A stretch of DNA of 63,495 nt, filler included, from Ministeria vibrans ATCC 50519 (Eukaryota > Protista > Filasterea), in NCBI GenBank assembly GCA_943704425.1. It is 4 parts of 4 records of this genome, joined end to end, with 100 filler letters (N's around TTAATTAATTAA, not from the genome) between each part and the next. Parts side by side here need not be neighbours in the genome. Positions count along the whole stretch, not along the records: positions 23,239 to 54,033 come from CALSCP010000043.1; positions 54,134 to 56,424 come from CALSCP010001512.1; positions 56,525 to 63,495 come from CALSCP010000075.1; 1 more part is not named here. The stretch is one strand, 5' to 3'. The position numbers were made by a program, and so were the translations under genes. Each line of letters begins with the position of its first letter. The stretch's first letter is position 1. Of the stretch, positions 53,796 to 63,495 are shown in pieces. Below the pieces are notes generated by a model that was not told where the DNA came from, made no database searches, and worked only from the letters and a program-made list of their open reading frames with translations.

Positions 53796-53955
53796 TCATT
53801 TACACTGCGAACCGTTGTTCGAATCATCACTGTACAAAATTATAATATTTTCCTCTTCTTTTTAAATTCTATTTTTAAGTTTGGTCTGGTCTGTTCATTG
53901 TTATCACTTTGTTTCACACACACACACACGCACACACACACTCTCTCTCTCTCTT

Positions 53956-54033
<78 letters not shown>

Positions 54034-54133
54034 NNNNNNNNNNNNNNNNNNNNNNNNNNNNNNNNNNNNNNNNNNNNTTAATTAATTAANNNNNNNNNNN
54101 NNNNNNNNNNNNNNNNNNNNNNNNNNNNNNNNN
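54034..54133. other. Artificial contig linker, flanked by (CA)n and (GA)n microsatellites
   Basis: 44 N + TTAATTAATTAA + 44 N. Confidence 0.95.
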
Positions 54134-54157
54134 AGATTGGTAAACATTCCTATCAGA

Positions 54158-54260
<103 letters not shown>

Positions 54261-54433
54261 CAATGAGTTGGTACGTATGAGTGAGTCAATGAGTAAGTAA
54301 GTATGAGTGAGTCAATGAGAAAGTGACTGAGTGAATGGGACTGACTGGGTGCGTGAATGAGTGAATCAATGGGTGAGAGAAACAGAGTGTGCGAGTTGCA
54401 AGGGTTTTAATGTGTGTGTGTGTGTCTTCTTAC

Positions 54434-55756
54434 CCTCTGGAGGAATGAACTCGGCAGAGGATACGTCCATGTCTTGTTCGTGTGCAGTGCGGTGTTTGCG
54501 CATTGTCTTGGTCTTTTTGTTTCCACTGAGAACAGAAACAATAAGGCATATTAGAATGGAAAGTTGCACTTTTTTGACACTCTTCTCTCATCAGCAGAGA
54601 CGTACTGTCGTGCCAGACGTTTCTGTAGGTTTTTGTTGAAGAAGCCCTTGTCGCCAAAGCAGACGGGCGTGTCGACCTCCCAGAAGATGGGCACGAGACA
54701 CTCAAAGACGATCTTTTGGTTGATTTCGCGGTAGGTGATGGGCTGGCCCAGTCCCGAGTTGGTTGCGCGCGATGCGTTGTACTTGTGAATGTTGGAGTAG
54801 ACCATTTGATTGTCCCTAGGTGGGGAAGGGAGGAAGGGGGAAGAGAGGACATGGCGTCAATGAGCGCAACGGATGCAATGGAGAGGCATACTCGAGTCTC
54901 TTTTCGGGATCTTCTGTGGTGGAGTCAAGACCAGCACCAAAGCTCGAGTGAGATTCGACACCGCCTCGCCCGAAACCGCGCGGGCCAAACAGAGCGCCGT
55001 AGCAGGGAATGTCGCAGTAGGGTTTGCCGTCATGCTAGTAGAAAGAAGAATGGACGACAGGGTCACGTACACAGGTGAGAGGATGGCGCACATTCGAGAG
55101 AGACAGACGCAACAAACACTGTTAATATAACTCGGCAGAGCGACAAGCAATGGCGCATGCCATGGCGTAATGTGTTGAACGGGGAGAAAATAAACGACCG
55201 GTGGAGGACGCGGAGGTGGACAGCGCGACAGACGGGGCGTGCGAGACGGGTTTGCGAATGACGTGACGTTGTCAACAATCGCTGCCAGTGGACTTCAACG
55301 GGACACGTTAAGCGCACGCGCATGTTGGAAATGTCGCAGAGTATGCATTTTCAAGACGGTGGAGACGCGCATGGAGAGCGGCGACGCCGAACAGCGGCGC
55401 TTGGACGCGAGACGCTTTGTATATCTTTTTATAACATTCGTTTTTTTTTTTTTTTTTTTTTTTTTTTCTCTGAGCACTGTACAATGGAAGTACTCACCTC
55501 TGAATGACCGCCGGGGTTCAGACGCTTCTTGCATTCGTTGCAGCGCAAGCACTGCGGATGGTACGCTTTGCCGAAGGAGACTTTTCGCTCAGCTGGACGA
55601 AAGGAGCGGTTAGAGGGAGAAGGCGAGGGTGGGAGGGTGCGTGGGGGGGTGGGGTGCAGAGAGTGGTGTGGGGCGGGATGGGAGGAGAGAGACGGGAGGA
55701 GAGAAGAACTTACCAAAGTACACAGGTTTTCTGCATGCTGGACACCGATCGCCCAT
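54434..55756 (-). CDS. LIM-domain RASSF-like protein (dRASSF-type N-terminus), 3' truncated
   Basis: Spliced [14 protein letters not shown]|[32 protein letters not shown]|[18 protein letters not shown]...VESH, then IHKYN...[24 protein letters not shown], which resembles the RASSF2/4 N-terminal block. Confidence 0.7.
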
Positions 55757-55995
55757 GGTAGCTGTTCGCTTATCGCTATACTCACTGAATACTGATGAGT
55801 GATACCACGAAAGAACCTGAAGAAGAAACCTGAATTTCGATTTTTCGATTATCTGAACGTGATTTGAACTTTTGTTATTATCTCTCTAAATCAACAATCA
55901 TCGATTCTCTATTTATTTTCGTATCTCTCGAAAGTCGCTCCACATTTTTTACGTCAGGAATCGCAAACGAGAACGTCGAGTTCTTATCAGTGCAC

Positions 55996-56307
55996 ATGGA
56001 AAAGAAAAGGACTTTGGCTGAGTTTGCAGAGGAGGATCTGCTGGGGGAGGACGGAGAGGGAGCGGGGGACATTGACGTGTAAGAAGTGAGATCGATTCGC
56101 TCCCACTGACTCCCGTGGGCCTTTCTCTGCTTGTAGGATGGACGAGGTGGGCGGTGTAGGTGTTGTGTGAGTGTTTCTGAGATGAAACATTGGGGGTCTG
56201 TCGAGTGGGGTTAAGTCTGTGCTGACCTTTTCGATGGCGTAGCTTCCTCGGCGAAAGCGACAAGCCAGTGGCACGGCGGAGGTGATAAACACAGCTAAGG
56301 CATCTCG
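55996..56307 (+). CDS. 5' fragment of a hypothetical multi-exon gene
   Basis: MEKKRTLAEFAEEDLLGEDG... followed by short exons bounded by GT-AG introns, running into a contig end. Confidence 0.35.
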
Positions 56308-56320
56308 GTAGGGTTTGTGC

Positions 56321-56424
<104 letters not shown>

Positions 56425-56524
56425 NNNNNNNNNNNNNNNNNNNNNNNNNNNNNNNNNNNNNNNNNNNNTTAATTAATTAANNNNNNNNNNNNNNNNNNNN
56501 NNNNNNNNNNNNNNNNNNNNNNNN
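56425..56524. other. Artificial contig linker, flanked by (GA)n and (CT)n microsatellites
   Basis: 44 N + TTAATTAATTAA + 44 N. Confidence 0.95.
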
Positions 56525-56614
<90 letters not shown>

Positions 56615-56664
56615 CTGTCTGTCTCTCTCTCTGTCTGTCTCTCTCGATGGCCGGTGCGCATTAC

Positions 56665-57248
56665 GTGATTTCAGAGGCGGATGTGTTGTGTTTTGCGGCT
56701 TCAAGGAGCATTGTCACCAGAGCTGTTTGTGCCTCCTTAAGGACCGCCACGCTCGCTTTGATTCCTGAAACACCAACGTGGTGCATGTTAGAACCAATAT
56801 ATGGTGCAGCCGTAGAATGCGGGAGTGTGGGAGCGGAGAGAAGAGAGAGAGAGAGAGAAGAGAAAAAAAAGGGACGGATGATTGAGAAAGAGAGACAAAG
56901 CAAATAATAAGGGACACGGTGAGAGCATCACACCCCACTGGAGCGTCTTGTCCACACAAAGGCCCAGGTAGAGCGATGCGTGCGATACGACAGGAGACAA
57001 ATACTCAGAGAAGACAATTCGTTTTTTTTTTTTTCGAGTTGCGATTGGCTCAAATGCCGCATAGCATGGGTGCGGGTACGGCTGTCCTGTGTGAGCGGGA
57101 CAGTACCTTGGGCCGCTTCGGCTGCTGTCGACTGTCGTAAGCAGATTTTGATCGCGCCCTCCACAAGCAGCGCAAACGCCTGCTTGTTGAAGTGCGCTTC
57201 TTCACCGCACGCCGCCAGTCCTTCTAATACAGCACCAGAGAGCTCCAT
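56665..57248 (-). CDS. COMMD3: COMM domain-containing protein 3 (5' part only)
   Basis: MELSGAVLEGL...F...AF.LL and VLKEAQTALVTMLLEAAKH match the COMMD3 N-terminus. Confidence 0.7.
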
Positions 57249-57421
57249 CAATATAATATAGAAAAGGAATGTAAATTTTGATCGAATCAATTAAAATCTC
57301 AAAACTGTTTCTCTCTCGTTGTTTGAGTCTCGACCTCCCTGGAGTCCTGACCAACCATCTATAAACCACACACAAAAACAACTTGTGACGCCATTTCGCG
57401 TGCGGTCTCAGCGTGTGAGCG

Positions 57422-58554
57422 ATGTTTCGACGCAACTTCGTCTCTTCCCTTCTTGTGGCGTTGCTGACTGCCCACGCGGCCCTTTCGTCCGTCTCACCAG
57501 CTGCCGTTCGTGTTGCTCTGTTTGTTGGTGGCGGCACGAGCAATCACAGTTCCGGTGAGTGCGCTACATGTTCACATTTTTGTTGACATTGGTCTCCCGT
57601 TTGTTTGTTTGTTTCGTTCGCTACTCAGACGGATACGCTCAAGCCCTGGACGCCCTTCGCAGCCAGGGCATCACCTATGCAACGTGCGGAACAAGCGACG
57701 TGGAGGACCTGTCACGCGACGCCTTTGACGTGGTGCTCTTCCCGGGTGGCAGTGGCGGCGGGGAGTACACTGCGCTCACTCAGGCGGGGACGGCCGCCGT
57801 CCGGGCCTTTGTCCATGATCACGGAGGAGGCTACATTGGCACGTGTGCTGGCGGTTTCTTGGCCGTGCCTGGCCGCTGTTGCGATGTGCCCGTATGATGG
57901 AAACGATTGTAGTAGCAATAATCATATACCTTCGTCTACCTCTTAGATGAAAGGTTACTGTGGCGATAAAACAGGATGCAGTCAGAGCACCGAGAGTCTC
58001 TCGATCATCTCAGCAGCAGCCACAGAGCCTTGGGACCGAGGACACGGCAATGTGACCATAGAATTCACATCGAATGCAATCGAAGTAACACACACGCACA
58101 TACACTCGCACACACACACAATACACTCACACATACACCCACTCTCTCTTTCCCTGTTTCAGCAATTTCATCTGCCCGACTCGTACCGCTCACCAGTGAA
58201 CATAGTGTATTGGCAAGGGCCTATTCTTCGTCGCTGGCAGACTCCGCACGACCCGTCTCTTCCCGCGTACACTTCACAAGCAACGTATCACACGGAGATT
58301 CACTCCAAGCACACTGAATGGACAAAAGGTGCACTAATCTTTCCTTTTATCTTCTTCTTTTTCTTCTTCTATTTCTCATCTCCTTTCTTTTTGTGTTTTG
58401 GACTGCAGGACAAATGGTCAACACGTCTGCGATTGTGACGTCGTCGTACGGGTCTGGTCGTGTTCTCGTGTCGTCGCCCCATCCCGAGCAGACCCAGCCC
58501 CAATTGCTTGATCTGATTTTGGGCTATGTCCGATGGGCGGCCGGGGTCTATTGA
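57422..58554 (+). CDS. Secreted class I glutamine-amidotransferase-like (BPL_N-like) protein
   Basis: Signal peptide, VVLFPGGSG, GGGYIGTCAGGFLA nucleophile elbow, YWQGP and GRVLVSSPHPE. Four introns. Confidence 0.75.
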
Positions 58555-58670
58555 GTCAAACGGGGGGGTGTGTTGTGTCTTTGGACATTTCCGAATTTCC
58601 AAATTGATGAAGCACACAATACAATTCTATCAAGATCATCCTTCATTGTAGCCACACTCTAATTTCGACC

Positions 58671-59673
58671 ATGATCGCTCGACGACTCACCACAAGCGCG
58701 GTCGACTCGGCTCGTGCGGCCGCGAGCACCTCCAAACCACGCAAACGCAAGCACGTCGAAGTGAAGATTGAAGAAGAGGAGGTGGCGTCGGGCGTGGTCG
58801 ACGATGCTCCGGAGGACGCCCGGTGCGCCGTCAAGGCCGAGCCTGGCGTCGACAGCGCCCTAGCGCCTTCGCCGCCGTCGTCGTCGCCTCGCAAGCGCCC
58901 CAAGGGCTCTGCGACACCCGAACGATTCGAGCAGCAGATCGCGAACATCTTCAAAATGCGCGAGAAGCGAGACGCAGTGGTCGACACAATGGGATGCGAA
59001 CGACTTGCAGACCGAAAGGCGTCGCCTGAGGATTTCCGCTTTCAGACGCTTGTCTCGCTCATGCTGTCGAGCCAGACCAAGGACGAAGTGACCTCGGCGG
59101 CCGTGGGGCGACTCATAGACGCCGGGTGCTCAGCGGAACACATTGCGGCAATGGACGACAAAACTCTCTCTGAGCTCATTTATCCCGTCGGATTCTGGCG
59201 CAAGAAGACCGTCTATCTGAAGAAAACCGCTCAAATGCTCCTTGACGAGTTTGCCGGAGACATTCCAAACTCCGTCAAGGGCCTCACAAGTTTACCAGGT
59301 ACACAATATGACACTAAACCAATGGTGTGTTTACTTGTGCATTGACACAGGAGTTGGGCCTAAAATGGCACACATCTGCATGCACGTGGCGTGGGACCAG
59401 CAAGAAGGGCTTGGAGTGGATACTCACGTACATCGTATTTGCGGGCGACTCGGCTGGACGGCTCCTGCGACCGCTGCAAAGACACCCGAGCACACGCGCG
59501 TCGAACTCGAAGAGTGGCTGCCCCCGCACTACTGGAAGGACGTCAACATTCTGCTCGTGGGCTTTGGTCAGCAGACGTGTCGGCCGGTGGGCCCGCGCTG
59601 TGGCGAGTGTCTCAACAACCAGTGCTGCCCACACGCCTGGAAGACCCGCAAGCACTGGCAAAAGAAGGAATAG
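58671..59673 (+). CDS. NTHL1: Endonuclease III homolog (HhH-GPD glycosylase with 4Fe-4S cluster)
   Basis: [26 protein letters not shown]|[14 protein letters not shown] and C-x6-C-x2-C-x5-C. Confidence 0.93.
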
Positions 59674-60040
59674 TATGTTTCTTTGCATATTGTATTATAT
59701 TTATTTTCATCTCCTTGAGTAAACTTTCTCTTCATTTATTTCTATATTTTTATTGTATTACTAATTACTCTTCAATTTCAATGTATTGTATTATCATCTC
59801 TTTGACAAACTTTATTTATACCTACATTGAAAATTTATTGAATTGACAAAATATTAAAACTCATTAAAGCTTAACAATTGGTGTAACATATAAATGGTAC
59901 TATCATTATCATTGATTGTTAAGCTGTTGTCTGTTGAATGTTGATTGACATTGCTTGACGACAGACCTGTCGTGGACCACTCGTGGACAATCGATCATTC
60001 ATCATTCATTGATCAAAACAAAATTTTCAGTGTTTTTCTG

Positions 60041-61828
60041 ATGTGGCTCCTGTCGCTGTTGCGTCGTCCCCGCTCTCCATTACTATTGGAGACCGACGCC
60101 TCGTTGAAGGCCCCGGGGTCGCACCACTGCCAGACGGTGTGTCATTTTTGCAATGCGGCTGTGCAGGTGACTGCGACGGAGCTCACCGAGGGCTTCACCT
60201 GCCCCGACGCGCTCTGTGGCCAGTACAACGGGTTTGCGCCCGACGGCGACTACAATCTCGACATGCCTGAGACGTACACCGTGGTAGAGTCGCAGCGCCG
60301 GCGCTTCTCGTCGTCGCCCCAGAAGCAACCCCACTCGTCGATGTCGCCCCTTTGCGAAAAGTGCACCGAAAACCAAGATCAGCGCATCCGGCTGCTCGCA
60401 GCGTTTGTGCCCGACGACGAAGACGACTTTGATGCGCAGGTGGATGCCTATGCACGCGCTCTCGACGCAGAAAAACCCCTTTGTGCCGTGTGCCGTCAGA
60501 TTGTCGACGCAGAACTCGACCGACAGCGCCGTTGGCTCAGTTGGCTCAATTTCAGCTCGCGCTTACGCTCAAGCGACCGTGTTTCTGTCAGTTCAACGGG
60601 CCGTCGCACACACGCTCTCGGCAACGCGCGGATCATGGCTGCACGCCTCACTCGTCTTTGGGTCGCGCTCGTTCTTCTTGCGCTCCTCACCGCAACCACA
60701 AGCACACTCCTTGTACATGCCAATAGGCATAGTCATCACGCCACGAATGACATTCCCCTTGTCACGTCACCCACTTGCCGACACCTAACCCATCTTGGCG
60801 CACCTCTGCGTGCGCTCATGAGTGCTTTCCATCTCATCGACTCACCTCGCTCTCTCTTCGCCTGTGCCACCACCACCACCACTCACAGCTGCCACGCTAC
60901 AGTCGCTTGCCATCTCGGCAGTGGTGCCGTCATTGCCACAGTGCTCTCCTTTTACGCTGTGGCCTTGGCCAGTCTCCTTGAGCTCCACCAACGTCTCACC
61001 ACCCGACCGGCCCTCCTCTCTCTCCTCTTCACTCTCTTCGTCACTCTCCTCACGGCCCTTCCCCGTCTCCTCCTTCGCTCCTACCTCTACTCAGACCTCT
61101 GGTTTCTCTTTTTACTTTCCTTTTCGCTCCTCACAGTACGCCCCAAATCCCGAAGTTGCTTCTGTTTTTTTTAAGTGTGTCTTAACGCTCTTTTTGTGTA
61201 GTCGCTCACTCTCAATTTAACCGCACTGCGCTACACATCACGAACACTTCCCTTTCCCACTTACAGCAACACAAACAGCACTGTCCCATCTCGTGCACAG
61301 TCTCCCAATTCCTCTCGAGCGCCCTCTCCACACTCTGACTATCTCTCGGGCTCAGCTCTGTCTGACCCAATGACAATCGAATCACTCTCCATCTCACAAC
61401 GTCAAAAGAGTCCCACTGTCACTCCAACTCCCCCCACAGCAACCCCCACAGCAGCAGCAGCAACAACAACAACAACAACAACGGAATCGCGACGGCAACA
61501 ACAGACTGAAGGAGAATCTCAGCTCATTCGTCCCGCTCGTTTAGGCTATCGTCCGGAGACTATATCTCACTTACGCGCAAGAGAATCACAATTGTTCCGC
61601 CACCCAACATCATCATCATCATCATCATCAGCGCACGCTTCTTCTGCTCTTCCTCTCAATGTCCTCTCTCAACTCCAAACGAGTCTCTCGCTCAAAGAGA
61701 GATCTCTCACTGACTCGTTTCGTCGCGCGCTCTCTCCCATTTGCCTCCTCTCTCTCCTTTTCGCTCTGTCTCTTGCGATAAATATCTTTCTCGCGTCCCG
61801 TTCAATTGCGCCCAAATCTGAGTTATAA
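60041..61828 (+). CDS. TMEM201: TMEM201/Samp1/Ima1-like inner nuclear membrane protein
   Basis: Ima1_N motifs CHFC, CPDALCGQYNGF..DGDYN, LCEKC..NQ and LCAVC, followed by TM segments. Confidence 0.8.
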
Positions 61829-61893
61829 CTCACACACACCACAAAACAAAGAATGATGATGATAATACACTGTAACAAGTAAGAGAAAACGCA

Positions 61894-63442
61894 TCAGTCG
61901 GAGTCGTCAATGAGATATGCACTAATCTCCTGACGCATTTTGCGTCTTCCTTCAGCTGCTCTCCACGCACTGGTGACAAAAGGCGGAAAAGGGACTTGCA
62001 CGCTAGTAGTAGTAGTAGTAGTGCCGGTTGTGGCAGGGAGTGGTTGAGTGCGAGTTTCGCGCAGGAGAACACGGCAGCCATGGCAGCAGTGCATGGAAAG
62101 ATCGGAGGGAGACAGTGTAGAGTGCTCAGGGTGGGTGGAAGATGAGGATGAGGATGCACACGTGCCACTGCTGCACGTACCACCACCACCACCACCACCA
62201 CCACCACATCCCGTTTGTGACGCACTGCACTCATCAGTACACTCCTTCGTGAGCTCCTTGGTGCGCTCACCACTGTCCGTCTGCAATCCTCCCACTCCTC
62301 GCGCTCTCTGTCCTGCTTTGCTCCACCTCTGCTCTTCTGCATCCATCACCGCCCCACACAACACGCAGCACACCACTCCCGCTCCATCCAAGTGCAACGA
62401 CGACAGTTTCTCGCCAACGCGAAGCACAGTCGACACTGTCGCATGAAATCCCGTCGTTTCCAGTCCGCAAATGAACTCTTCCGTCAGTCGTCCAATCGAT
62501 CCCGTTTCTCGCAGTCCCTCACTCACTGCCGGTCCGCTTGAAAACCACGAAAGTCCTTTCCACTGTGCAAAAAATGCCAGATCCTTTGTCGAAATTTGCC
62601 TAAAAATACACATTATTGAGAATCAATCAAAATTTCGACTAATGAATCGAATTTCCGGCTTCTTTTTGTCGTACTTGAGCGGCCGGACAAAAAGAATACC
62701 GTCAATCAGGACCTCACTGCACCCCTTGACCTCCATTGCGAGTGTGTACCCTCGGCCTTTTGCCACATTCTGTAAAAAAAAAAGGAAAAGTTTAGCTAAT
62801 TCTCCATCACTTTGTTTCTCTCTCTCTATCACTTTGCACTTTGTTTCTCTCTCTACCACTTTCACTTTGTTTCTCTCTCTACCACTTTCACTTTGTTTAT
62901 CTCTCTCTATCAGTTTGTTTCTCTCTCTCCGTCACGCTGTTTCTTTCTCCCTCCCTCCTTTCTCTATCACTCAGTTTTTTCTCCCTCCTTTCTCTCTTTC
63001 AAGTGGGAGGCGTTTTTTTTTTTGTAACCTCTAGTGTTCGCGCTGCTAGATGAGTAGCATCTTCGCCTGTCCAGATTTGTCTGTAACCCTTGTCACCTGC
63101 GACGCGCAGCAGAAGACGACGACGGAGGGTGCGCAGAAGGTCTTCGCGCGCCGTCATGGTCGTGGTTGCAGCAAAAAGCGCACGCAGTTGGGTGGCTGCT
63201 TCAAGACTTTCGTTGGTGTCGGATGGGGCTCGGTCCGACAGTCCGAGTCCGTCTGGTGGGAGTGCCATGTAAATGGTTTCGAGCTGAATGCGGTGGACAG
63301 GCACGCCAGGCGCAATGCGCTGGATTTCCCTCACCATCGCGTCGAGTTGCGCACGACGCTTCTCTTGAAGTGCCGGCAGCAGAGCGCTTTCGTCAATGAG
63401 ACACACGCCGAGAACCAGACGGCTCTTGTCGCGTGGCGAGAC
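61894..63442 (-). CDS. CTU2: Cytoplasmic tRNA 2-thiolation protein 2 (5' end lies outside the window)
   Basis: TAREDLL, TGEDATHLA...VAKGRG, VRPL|R, SIGRLTEEFICGL...ATVSTVLRVGEKL, CVLCG and CHGC. Confidence 0.88.
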
Positions 63443-63452
63443 CTGTCCGCAC

Positions 63453-63495
<43 letters not shown>

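Overview
This is gene-dense, intron-rich eukaryotic DNA, probably from a flagellated unicellular opisthokont or holozoan-like protist. That is inferred from RPGRIP1L, an NCoR-like SANT protein and a LIM-RASSF-like protein. The window joins at least four contigs with artificial 100-nt N/TTAATTAATTAA/N linkers, so adjacency across them is unproven. Most genes are housekeeping: XRN1, RPGRIP1L, COX19, cytochrome c peroxidase, a sterol reductase, GrxB, a CAR-like reductase, a GATA factor, MRPS10, GPR89, NCoR-like, endoglycoceramidase, RAB3GAP1, EMC2, COMMD3, NTHL1, TMEM201 and CTU2. There are also conflict or immunity-type genes: a caspase-NB-ARC-TPR NLR and a Crinkler-like nuclease fragment. The standout is the ~3.2-kb 80-bp tandem repeat at 28.4-31.5 kb. 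It parses as a chain of 46 canonical GT-AG introns separating 45 variable 3-nt microexons, in phase 1 inside an LRR gene. Every skipping combination stays in frame and stop-free. Full inclusion encodes a W/Y/D/G-rich, CDR3-like loop in the putative LRR C-terminal cap. This is a candidate splicing-based (and recombination-fed) receptor diversification system. Its splicing has not been demonstrated here.
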